DNA of 64,000 bases from the IMG/VR virus record IMGVR_UViG_3300035034_002381, positions 64,001-128,000 of that record, one strand, 5' to 3'. Under the pieces are notes generated by a model, which was not told the DNA's origin, did no database searches, and saw nothing but the letters and a program-made list of their open reading frames with translations. The translations under genes and the position numbers were made by a program. Positions 49,992 through 59,328 of this stretch are shown here, in pieces (the first letter of the stretch is position 1; each line of letters starts with the position of its first letter). This DNA comes from a virus. Taxonomy: Duplodnaviria > Heunggongvirae > Uroviricota > Caudoviricetes.

Positions 49992-50809
49992 TGTGGGTTT
50001 ATAAAATTACAAATAAAATTAATGGAAAGATTTATGTGGGTCAATCACACAAGAAAAGATCTATGTATTTAGGTAGTGGTAATCTTATAAAAGCCGCAGT
50101 GAATAAATATGGTAAAGAAAATTTTATTAAAGAGTGGATAGATCAAGCTTTGACACAAGAAGAATTAGACAAAAAGGAAATTTATTGGATAAAGAATTTG
50201 AATGCGCAAGATAAAAATATTGGATATAATATTGCTGACGGTGGATGGAATGCCTTTACGATGAATGATGAAACTAAAAAGAAAATTTCAGAAACATTAA
50301 AGGGTAAGTATGTTGGTGAAAATGCCTTTAGAAAAGGAATAAAACTTAGTGAAGAACACAAGCTTGCAATATCAGAAGCTAATAAAGGAAGAAATAAATT
50401 AGTTTCTGAAGAAACAAGAAGAAAGATGTCTTTATCGAGAATCGGTATTAAATATTCCGATAATACAAGGAGAAAGATGTCCGAAAGCCATAAAGGTAAG
50501 AAACTTTCCATTAGACATAAATTGAAAATATCTGAATCTATAAAAGGAAGACAATTTTCAGCTGTGTCTATAGAAAAAATTCGAAAATCTAATATGGATA
50601 AGCAACAAAAACATTCAATACCAGTAATTTTAGAAAACCAAGATACTGGAGAAATACTAAATTTTAATAACTTATCTTCAGCCGCAAGATATTTTGATAC
50701 TTCTAGACATATAGTTAAAAATAACAAAATTTCAGGTTGGGAAATACAATTGGGTTACCCAATTGTTAAAATAACACAGCTACGTAATGAAAGCACGCGT
50801 GACGGATGA
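49991..50809 (+). mobile_element. Free-standing GIY-YIG homing endonuclease with NUMOD3 repeats
   Basis: VYKITNKINGKIYVGQ...GSG...E...GYN catalytic domain; repeated (H/T)xxKxSxxxKG NUMOD3 units. Confidence 0.9.
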
Positions 50810-52339
50810 TGGCCGTTTTATACAAATAGTAGAGTGTTCAGAATTGGAACATTCGCAAATGCAACTGTCTTTTCGTAAGAGAATCGGACACTGGAGGTTT
50901 CACCCTCTGGTGAAAAAAAAAAAATATGGGATGGCTATATCAATTTTTATGATAAACATCGAAGAATTCCATTAGGTCTTTGGAATAGACTTCAGTCTGA
51001 ATGTAAAAAATATAAGTTTAAGTTAAATTTTCAAGGATCCGAGTTTATTGTTAACAAAGATTTTGATGCAGAAAGCTTTGAAGAGTGGGTATGGGATTTT
51101 TTTAAAGACACACGATATGGTAAAGGAGGATCTCGAGAACTTCGAGATTATCAAATTAAAGCTTGTAAAGACACTTTGACTTTTTATAAGTCAAGATCAG
51201 AGCTAGCGACATCTGCTGGTAAAACTATTATCATGTTTACGGTTTTTGCGTATCTTTTTGAACAACAAAATATTGAGCACCAACTTATAATCGTTCCTAA
51301 TGTTTCTTTAGTAATTCAAACACAAGAAGCATTTCTAGAGTATGCCGAAAATACTCGTCTTGAGAATGATTTTAAAATCCAAATGTTTGGTGGTGGTCGC
51401 TCGACTAAAGATAAAAATGCCCAAATTTATATTGGTACTTATCAAACATTGAAAAAATTTGATATTGAGTTTTTTGATAAAATTCAATGTATCTGTGTTG
51501 ATGAAGCTCATCATACACATGCAAAAAGTATCAAGGATATTATTATTAAATCTTACGATTCAAAATATCGATATGGATTATCAGGTACACTTGATCAAGG
51601 TGATACAGTAGAAGCGATGACACTTGATGCTTATTTGGGACCTATTATAAACAAGGTATCAGCAAAATATCTGATCAAAAACAATTTCGCTACAAAAATT
51701 CTTGTGAAGGCTATTTTCTTGGATTATTTCAAAGATGAAGCAAAAGAAAAGCTTTACCAATTAAGAGAACGTAGAGGTAAAGACATTGACGGTACTAAAC
51801 TTTTAGATATTGAAAGAAAACTTGTAATTGAAAATCGCACAAGATTCAAATTTGTATGTGAGACTATTGCTAAAACTAATAAAAATTCTTTAGCATTATT
51901 CCTTGATGTTAAACATGGATATGGTAAAAGAATATATGACTATCTTCGTGAAAACACGGATAAAACAGTCTTTTATATTGACGGCGGTACAGCATCTGAT
52001 GCTCGAGAAGAATATAAAACTGAAATGGAATCGGGATCAAATAAAATCCTGATTGCATCATTTGGTACCTTTGCCACTGGTATTTCTATACATAACTTGC
52101 ATCATATATTTTTCTTAGAATCATATAAGTCAGATAGAATAGTTAGACAATCGATAGGAAGAGGAATGCGATTACTTGAAGGTAAAGATAAAGTTTATCT
52201 ATGGGATTTTATTGATGATTTTTCCTGGGGAAGTGATAATCGCTTTAAAAACAATTATCTAATACGTCATGGAAGAGAAAGACTTAAAACATATAAAGCA
52301 CAAGGATTTCCCTTTAAAAAATATAAAGTAAAATTGTAA
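50787..52339 (+). CDS. uvsW: UvsW-like SF2 helicase, frameshifted at an A12 run (50913-50924)
   Basis: The 62-aa ORF continues in the -1 frame as IWDGYINFY...LRDYQ...ATSAGKT...VDEAH...GLSGT...QSIGRGMR, in frame with ORF 51176. Confidence 0.88.
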
Positions 52340-52349
52340 TATATACATT

Positions 52350-52598
52350 ATGGAATATGTTAAACTATACGAAGATTTTAATCCTTCAGTAAGTAGACAA
52401 AGAAATAATGAACGCAAAAAGAAATTAGTCGAAAGATATAAAAGGCGTGATGAACAAATCAAAAACACCAAAGATAAAGGAGACGAATCTAAAGCTAACT
52501 TGTATACTAAACGAAAGGAAGTTGATAGATTAGAAATCCAGAAAATTGATGTTAAAAACGAAATTATCAATATCAAGGAAAAAAGAAGAAAGAAATGA
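52350..52598 (+). CDS. Basic small protein with partial leader (MEYVKLYEDF)
   Basis: Preceded by the AATATATA promoter variant at 52338. Confidence 0.5.
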   Translation: MEYVKLYEDFNPSVSRQRNNERKKKLVERYKRRDEQIKNTKDKGDESKANLYTKRKEVDRLEIQKIDVKNEIINIKEKRRKK

Positions 52599-52843
52599 AA
52601 AAATTTGAAGAATTTGTAAACGAAAAAATAGTATTTGGTATTTATGACAAATTTAAAAATACATCGGTAGGTGCAAAAGAATTTGCTTCTGCAATCAGCT
52701 CAGATGATGATGCAGTAGAGGCGTCAATAGATTTTTTAGATGCTATGGAAATTTGGTTTAAAAAAACCCAAAAAGGAAATTGGGAAGATGTTCAACAAGA
52801 ACTAGCAGACAATATTCCTAATGATATAGAATCGTATAGATAA
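52595..52843 (+). CDS. Leader-bearing small protein (MKKFEEFVNE)
   Basis: Clear leader. Confidence 0.6.
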   Translation: MKKFEEFVNEKIVFGIYDKFKNTSVGAKEFASAISSDDDAVEASIDFLDAMEIWFKKTQKGNWEDVQQELADNIPNDIESYR

Positions 52844-52857
52844 AAATAAATAAGAAT

Positions 52858-53033
52858 ATGAAAAAATTTGAAGAATTTGTAAACGAAGGATCAACTTTCG
52901 ATAGTATCGCTGATCATTTGAGAAACAAAAAAATATCAGATGCTGTTTATAAAAAGGAACAATGTCATTATTATTAGACGATAATAGCACTCTAGAATTT
53001 ACATTTAATGACAATACTAAAATAAAAAGATAA
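52858..53033 (+). pseudogene. Leader-bearing small gene (MKKFEEFVNE), apparently frameshifted
   Basis: Stops at 52977. A -1 shift in TATAAAAAGG continues as KGTMSLLLDDNSTLEFTFNDNTKIKR* to 53033. Confidence 0.5.
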
Positions 53034-53035
53034 TT

Positions 53036-53266
53036 ATGAAATCATTTACAAAATTTGTAGAAACAACAAGATCACTTAACGAAAAGGAAGATCTAGAAAA
53101 GGAGTATAAAGAAGTCTTTGATGCTCTATTAGATAAATACGAAGTATCTTCACCCGCAGAACTTAGCGACGAAAAGAAAGCTGAATTTTTTGATGAAATT
53201 AAAAAACATTATACTGCAGGTAAAGGCGCAACCGATAAAGGCGAAGATCTTGTAGGAAAGGAGTAA
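53036..53266 (+). CDS. Leader-bearing small protein (MKSFTKFVE..SLNE)
   Basis: YKEVFDALLDKYEVSSPAELSDEKKAEFF module. Confidence 0.6.
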   Translation: MKSFTKFVETTRSLNEKEDLEKEYKEVFDALLDKYEVSSPAELSDEKKAEFFDEIKKHYTAGKGATDKGEDLVGKE

Positions 53267-54540
53267 TGCAATACGTCCACGGATATACACAATTTCTTAA
53301 TGAACAATTGATAATGGAAGGTGGCGCTTTTGGTCACCTTCATCATCCATTTGAAGATCATAGTTTAACATTTAATGATTTATCAGAAATGATAGAATTA
53401 ACTGTAACTGGAGCGTTTAATCAAAACAATTTTGTTCAAGAAAAAACTGATGGTCAAAATCTCATGTTTACATGGAAAAATGGCGAAATACGTGGTGCCC
53501 GAAGCAAGAAACATTTAAGAAATCAAGGTGAAAACTCATTATCCAAACAAGAAATAAGTCAAATGTATTCTGGTCGTGGTGAAATTTTTACAGCATTTAC
53601 AGAAGCTATTAATGATTTAGAATCAGCAATTAAAAGTCTTTCTTCTAAACAAAAAGATAGAATTTTTTCTGAAGGAAGTAAATTCATGAGTGTAGAAATT
53701 ATTACACCTATGACACAAAACACGGTACCATACGGTTTATCAATGTTAGTCTTCCATGGTACTAATGAATATGATATCGAGGGCAATGTTTTAAATCAAT
53801 ATAAAACTGAGGCTAAAATTCTTGCAGGAATGATTAAGCAAATAAACCAAGACGTACAAAATACGTTCTTTATCCGTGGTCCGCAAAATATTAATTTAGA
53901 AGCTTTACCCAATACTGCTAAAAAGAAAAATTACTATCAAGGTAAGCTACGTAAATTAGTAAATAAATACAATTTGTCTATGTCAGATTCTATACCAGAT
54001 TATTTGTATAAAGTATGGCGAGATAAAACTATTGACATTTTATCTAATAAAAATTATACAGAAGAAATAATCGATGGATTAGCTATGCGCTGGGGTAAAA
54101 AACAAAAATCATATTCAATACCTAATATCAAAAAAGATCTTGGTTCAGAATTTTCTGATTGGGTCAAAAACTTTGAAAAGCGTGGCGGAGAGTATGATAA
54201 ACTCTGGAAAGAATATATTGCACCTGTCGAAGGTTTATTTTTAGAACTTGGTGCAGATATTTTAACCAATATTGAAAGTTTCTTAACAGCAGATCAAAGA
54301 AATGCGACTGAAGAAATGCGTCAAGAAATTGAAAGTACAATAGAAAAGATTAGAAATTCTGATGATGTTACAGCTATTGAAAAGTTGGAACATCAATTAC
54401 AAAGAATTGATACAGCAGGTGGACTAAAAAGATTAGTGCCTTCTGAAGGTATTACATTTTTATATAAAGGAAAACTCTATAAATACACAGGACTATTTGC
54501 TGCTATTAATCAAATAGGTTCACTCATAAGATATAACTAA
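53266..54540 (+). CDS. Leader-bearing RNA/DNA-ligase-fold nucleotidyltransferase (KxDG)
   Basis: MQYVHGYTQFLNE leader; GGAFGHLHHPFED; motif I EKTDG; C-terminal EGITF..KYTG. Confidence 0.65.
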   Translation: MQYVHGYTQFLNEQLIMEGGAFGHLHHPFEDHSLTFNDLSEMIELTVTGAFNQNNFVQEKTDGQNLMFTWKNGEIRGARSKKHLRNQGENSLSKQEISQMYSGRGEIFTAFTEAINDLESAIKSLSSKQKDRIFSEGSKFMSVEIITPMTQNTVPYGLSMLVFHGTNEYDIEGNVLNQYKTEAKILAGMIKQINQDVQNTFFIRGPQNINLEALPNTAKKKNYYQGKLRKLVNKYNLSMSDSIPDYLYKVWRDKTIDILSNKNYTEEIIDGLAMRWGKKQKSYSIPNIKKDLGSEFSDWVKNFEKRGGEYDKLWKEYIAPVEGLFLELGADILTNIESFLTADQRNATEEMRQEIESTIEKIRNSDDVTAIEKLEHQLQRIDTAGGLKRLVPSEGITFLYKGKLYKYTGLFAAINQIGSLIRYN

Positions 54541-55394
54541 TGACAACTGTTGAAAATACGAAAGTTTTAAAAGAATTTACGCAACCTATTCTTAACTCAG
54601 ATGTTCCAGAAGTCTTGGGATTTTTGAATAAATATATTTTGCCTGAAATAGGACTATACGGATTAGATGAAGATGCAACAATAATTGGTTCTGCTGGAAA
54701 AAAGTTATTAAATCAAACCAGCGGTGATATAGATATTGCAATCTTACGAGGTTCCGTTGCTAAACATTTTGATAGGGATGATGTATTAATGGCTATACAT
54801 GAAAAACTTTCATCAATGGGATATAGAACAAATATTCAGAAAGGATTTAGTCAAGTTAACTTTGCTCTTCCAGCACCAAATGGGTTTGTTCAAGTTGATT
54901 TAATGATCACTGATAATTTGGATTGGGCAAAATTTGTTTTTCATTCTCCAGATTATACTAAATCTGAATCAAATTATAGGGGTGTCTACCGAGGAATGTT
55001 ATTAAATGCTGTTGCATCTGAAATTGTTAAAAAAACAGTCAAAAAATTAGATGGGGAAATTGAGGAATATGAACAATATGTAATACGTTCTACCTTTGGT
55101 TTATTTAAAGTACGTAAAACTCTTTTAGGAAAAAATGGTAAGCTAATCAAGACACCTAAACTTTTAGATAAATATGAGCAACGCATCTCCAATAATCCTA
55201 TTGATGCTGTAAAATTACTTTTTGGTAAAGACGTTAGAATCGATGATATAAGTACATTTGAAAAAATGTTGAATGTAATCAAGAGTCAAAAATTCTTATA
55301 TCCTGGAAAGGTTGGAATTATCAAAAATAAATTTATGTGGTATCTTGGAAAAACCAATTTAAATATACCATCAGAAATAACTAATATACCATGA
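54540..55394 (+). CDS. Pol-beta-superfamily nucleotidyltransferase
   Basis: IGSAGKK...SGDIDIA and third acidic residue in VQVDLM. Confidence 0.75.
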   Translation: MTTVENTKVLKEFTQPILNSDVPEVLGFLNKYILPEIGLYGLDEDATIIGSAGKKLLNQTSGDIDIAILRGSVAKHFDRDDVLMAIHEKLSSMGYRTNIQKGFSQVNFALPAPNGFVQVDLMITDNLDWAKFVFHSPDYTKSESNYRGVYRGMLLNAVASEIVKKTVKKLDGEIEEYEQYVIRSTFGLFKVRKTLLGKNGKLIKTPKLLDKYEQRISNNPIDAVKLLFGKDVRIDDISTFEKMLNVIKSQKFLYPGKVGIIKNKFMWYLGKTNLNIPSEITNIP

Positions 55395-55831
55395 AACATA
55401 TAAAATCATATAAAGAAATTCTTAACGAGTCTATTAATTCTCGAGTACGTTCAAAAATTGTTAAGTTACTCAAGACTCAAGGAATTCAGCATAAAGTAGA
55501 TTATGAATATTCTGCTGGACATTTTTTGGTGCCTACTATAGAAGCAGCTGAAGATATTGCTGATGCGATCGGTGATAAATTTCATGTGACTATTTTAGAT
55601 AGAAAGGGTAAAGAAGGAAATACACTTGTAATGATAACTGAAGATGTTAATGAGGCTATCGATTATATGGAAATGGATTATAATTCAAGAAAAGAAATTC
55701 TTAAAAAAACCTTTCCAGATCTTATGGAAGATTCAGTAAAAGATTACGCTTTAAAAACATTTAAAGAATTACCGCCAGAAATGCAAAAAGAAATAGCTGA
55801 ACAATATAACGTAATACTAAAAGATCAATGA
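55391..55831 (+). CDS. Leader-bearing two-module protein (MKHIKSYKEILNES)
   Basis: Leader; internal ITEDVNEA linker. Confidence 0.6.
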   Translation: MKHIKSYKEILNESINSRVRSKIVKLLKTQGIQHKVDYEYSAGHFLVPTIEAAEDIADAIGDKFHVTILDRKGKEGNTLVMITEDVNEAIDYMEMDYNSRKEILKKTFPDLMEDSVKDYALKTFKELPPEMQKEIAEQYNVILKDQ

Positions 55832-56571
55832 AAAATTTTGTAAGTTTCTCAAACTTTGTTAATGAATCTCAAAAAGATACACAGGGAAATACACCTGTCA
55901 ATATTTTGATTGGTAGATTTGATCCCTTCCATATCGGGCATTATTCTGCTGCGAAAGAATTAGTTGATAAAAATGGCTATCCTGTAGTAATTGTTTCTGT
56001 TAGAGGAAAGGGAGATTTTGGAAAGGGTACAACAGTAAGTAAAGAACTTTTTGATAAAATGGTTTCAAAGCTTGTAAAGACTGTGCCATTTATTAACGGA
56101 CACATAGAAATAACTAATGTTTCTTTTGATAAACAATTGTTTGTGAATCTTAGACCTAAGTATGAACCTGTACTTTTAGGAGCAGGCGCAGACAGAATCA
56201 AAGGATATACTGCGCAAATGAATTCTTTCAGAGACAAAAAGGGCAATGTAATTAATATGCGCCAAGATTTTGATGTAGTTCAAACTTCACGAAAAGCAAG
56301 TGGCACTGAGGTCCGTGAAATAATTTCTAAAAAAGATAAAAAGAATTTCTTAAGATTAATGCCTAAAGAACTTCATAATTTTTGGGATGAACTGGTCAAA
56401 GAACTTAATGAGACAAAAAGACCATTATCTTACCATATTGATATATATGATAAGGCCATACAAAAATTGGTAGAAAGTAAGAAAAAAGATAACAAAACTA
56501 TTTCAACAATAGAAAGATTAATAGTGGAGAAGACTAAACTAATCCAAAATTATTCTGATCTTATTAAGTAA
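55828..56571 (+). CDS. Leader-bearing HIGH-motif cytidylyl/adenylyltransferase-like protein
   Basis: MKNFVSFSNFVNES leader; IGRFDPFHIGH; GAGADR; ASGTEVR. Confidence 0.8.
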   Translation: MKNFVSFSNFVNESQKDTQGNTPVNILIGRFDPFHIGHYSAAKELVDKNGYPVVIVSVRGKGDFGKGTTVSKELFDKMVSKLVKTVPFINGHIEITNVSFDKQLFVNLRPKYEPVLLGAGADRIKGYTAQMNSFRDKKGNVINMRQDFDVVQTSRKASGTEVREIISKKDKKNFLRLMPKELHNFWDELVKELNETKRPLSYHIDIYDKAIQKLVESKKKDNKTISTIERLIVEKTKLIQNYSDLIK

Positions 56572-56576
56572 AAGAC

Positions 56577-58358
56577 ATGCCAGGAATAAAGAAATTAGAC
56601 AGAATTTATCAATCAGACGGATTGATCGAAGCTAAAAAACATTTAGAAGGTAACATAACGATTACTGAAAAATTGGATGCTCATAGATTTTCGTTTCAAG
56701 TAAATGAAGATAAAAAAGTTTCGTATTATAAGAAAAACGATAATCGTGAGATTTCTAAAATTGATCGGATTATTACTGATTTATATGAGCGAGCAATAGT
56801 TCATATCGAATCTTTACCTAAGTCTATTCTTAAAAACATTCCTAAAAATACGAGGTTTGGATTTTCATATTTTCCGAATCAGAAACCTCTTAGAATAAAA
56901 TATTCAAAAATTCCAGAAAGCAGATTAGTACTAACTGATATATCATCAAGATCTGATGTAGGTAAAGTCCGCAAGGTTTATGAAGATCAAAAATATTTAG
57001 ATAATTGGGCAGATATTCTTAAAGTTTCTAAGCCCCCAATAATTTTTCAGGGTGTACTTGAAGAAAATCAAAGAGATCATATTCTTAATCTTGTGAAGGG
57101 AACAGATTCTACTGTTGCGTTTTTCTCACAACATATCGAGGGAATATTTGAAAAAACATTTTCTGGCAATAACATTATTGAGGCGCTAGTTTTCAAAAAT
57201 AAAAATGGCTTAACTCAATTAAGGGATCCATCATATAAAATTTTTAATGAAGCTGCTCGACCTACAGTTAGTCGGGATTTTTATGACTTGACAATTATAC
57301 AAATTCAAGAATTCATGGAGAATTATGAATTCGGTATTTTTCGAGATAATCTTTCAGAAAATGAACGATATATCAATTTAATATCTGATGCATATAACAA
57401 ATTTATTGATGCCGATTTAATCGATGAAAATTTTAATCCTGAGTTTCTTAAACCTAATATTATTGGCACGCATGGTTGTTTAGGACGCAAATTTATCAGA
57501 AATAACGAAACTCTTCAAAAAATAAATAGATCAGCTTTAAACGAGGAACTATTTAAAGTATTTTTGATTAGTCTACATCGTAAAAAATCTCCTCATGGAT
57601 TATTGAATCAAAGCATAATCAACAGTTTTAATCAGACTATCGAAAAAATTCAAGAAAGTATAAGTGCAAATGATGGCGAGGGTCTTCTTTCGTATCATGA
57701 AACTATTAAAATTCTCGAGGGTAATAACGTTAAATTAGACGATCAACAACCTAATTATATCAAGGTAGTTTCTTCATTACAAAAATCATTCAATAAAGAA
57801 ATTAAACATAAAGAAATTGAGCCTTTACCTAAAGCTATATGTATTATTGGCAAATTCGATTTTATTACAAAAAAACATATAGATTTAATCGAAGGATTTT
57901 CGGCAGAAAATGTAATCATTGTCAATCTTTCTAAAAAGAAGTTGAAATTATCTAAAGAACTTTTTCAACTTGAGGATCGTGAGGTTGATAAAATACTTAA
58001 ATCTTTACAAGATGAAAACGATAACATTAAAGAAATTGTTAATTGTTCATATTATTCTCTTGAAAAGATTTTTTACAAAGTTAGAAAAGTGGGATATGAA
58101 CCGATTAATTTTTATGTAAATGAAAAATCAATTGCTAATTATTCGATTCAATATAATACGATCAAACATATTTTAGGTGATCGTTTAAAAATCTCAAAGG
58201 ATTTTGATATCTCTGGTTTTTCTATTGATGATAAGCGCACTATTTTCAGATCAATTGAAGATGATGATTATGTAAAATTTAAAGAAGTCTCACCTAAAAT
58301 TCTTAAGAACTTCTGGGAGATATATAAATCCAGATATAACATTTGGAAAAAAGAATAA
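56577..58358 (+). CDS. Fusion of degenerate ligase-fold domain and degenerate HIGH-transferase domain
   Basis: ITEKLDAHRF (KxDA instead of KxDG), IEALVF and IGKFDFITKKH (HIGH lost). Confidence 0.6.
   Translation: MPGIKKLDRIYQSDGLIEAKKHLEGNITITEKLDAHRFSFQVNEDKKVSYYKKNDNREISKIDRIITDLYERAIVHIESLPKSILKNIPKNTRFGFSYFPNQKPLRIKYSKIPESRLVLTDISSRSDVGKVRKVYEDQKYLDNWADILKVSKPPIIFQGVLEENQRDHILNLVKGTDSTVAFFSQHIEGIFEKTFSGNNIIEALVFKNKNGLTQLRDPSYKIFNEAARPTVSRDFYDLTIIQIQEFMENYEFGIFRDNLSENERYINLISDAYNKFIDADLIDENFNPEFLKPNIIGTHGCLGRKFIRNNETLQKINRSALNEELFKVFLISLHRKKSPHGLLNQSIINSFNQTIEKIQESISANDGEGLLSYHETIKILEGNNVKLDDQQPNYIKVVSSLQKSFNKEIKHKEIEPLPKAICIIGKFDFITKKHIDLIEGFSAENVIIVNLSKKKLKLSKELFQLEDREVDKILKSLQDENDNIKEIVNCSYYSLEKIFYKVRKVGYEPINFYVNEKSIANYSIQYNTIKHILGDRLKISKDFDISGFSIDDKRTIFRSIEDDDYVKFKEVSPKILKNFWEIYKSRYNIWKKE
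58319..58326 (+). promoter_or_regulatory. GATATATA candidate late promoter
   Basis: Inside the end of the upstream ORF, 38 nt before ATG 58365. Confidence 0.4.
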
Positions 58359-58364
58359 AAAAAC

Positions 58365-59315
58365 ATGAAAAATATTAGATCATTTCGAGAATTTGAAGCT
58401 TTAACCGAAGCTAAGAAATTTTATACTACAAAGGATATTGTAAAAATGGCAAAAAATGCTGGTGATATTGTCATAGATGCCAAATACGCAATTGAGGATT
58501 TGGGAGTAGCTTATGGAAATAAAGTACCATCAACTGAATTGGATAGAGTTTTGACTCAATATGATTTAGAATTAGAAGATTTAAATGAGGGTCGTAAAAA
58601 AATCCAACTTAAAAGAAAATATGGAGAACGTTCTGCAGTTACCGCCGGTAAGCGTGCACCTGTCAGAGATAGGATATTAGGAAAAATCGCTGAGTCTGAA
58701 GAAGGCAGAATGTCCAGAAGTTCATTACAAGCATTTATCGCATCCACAAACGAAGATTCAGGTAGAAAAACCACTTTTTCATGGGTCCGAAAAAACTCAC
58801 GATATTTTAAAACTGTTAAAGAATCTGGTACAACATACTATAAATTAAGTATGTATGGTAAGCGTGCACTAAAGCGCGGAAATCTTAATGAATCTGAATC
58901 TTTAAATGAAGGACAGTTTTCTTGGTTGACTCAAGATGGTGGGACTCAAATTGGAAGTGAAAGAAAAAATACTATAACCGTTTATATGTTTGATGACAAA
59001 GGAAATAAATGGGAAGAAAGAAGTTATGAGGGTTATGGAGAATTTGGTGGAAAAGATTATTTTGATCTTTTAGCTGAAATGAATGGTTATTCTCAAGAAG
59101 ATGCTAAAAGTAAAAGTCGTAAAATAGGCGAAGATCTTCGCGAAATAGGTATTGATCTAATGTATGATAAAGGTATTAAACCTAAAAATGGTGGTAAGGT
59201 ATTATTTCCAGCTTTAGTTTCAAATAAAAATTACAATTGGAAACGACACGATTTTACAAAACAACCCGAATACGATCCTAACCAAGGTTGGTATACTGAA
59301 GATTACGGTTGGTAA
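58365..59315 (+). CDS. Leader-bearing three-module polyprotein (MKNIRSFREFEALTE)
   Basis: Modules separated by LTE|A, LNE|G and LNESESLNE|G. Confidence 0.6.
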   Translation: MKNIRSFREFEALTEAKKFYTTKDIVKMAKNAGDIVIDAKYAIEDLGVAYGNKVPSTELDRVLTQYDLELEDLNEGRKKIQLKRKYGERSAVTAGKRAPVRDRILGKIAESEEGRMSRSSLQAFIASTNEDSGRKTTFSWVRKNSRYFKTVKESGTTYYKLSMYGKRALKRGNLNESESLNEGQFSWLTQDGGTQIGSERKNTITVYMFDDKGNKWEERSYEGYGEFGGKDYFDLLAEMNGYSQEDAKSKSRKIGEDLREIGIDLMYDKGIKPKNGGKVLFPALVSNKNYNWKRHDFTKQPEYDPNQGWYTEDYGW

Positions 59316-59328
59316 AAAAACAAATATT

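Noticed and set aside
50182-50727. 181-aa minus-strand ORF and the many other antisense ORFs in the track
   Set aside because: They lie wholly opposite well-supported plus-strand genes, and their Phe/Leu/Ser/Ile-rich composition is typical of antisense shadows.
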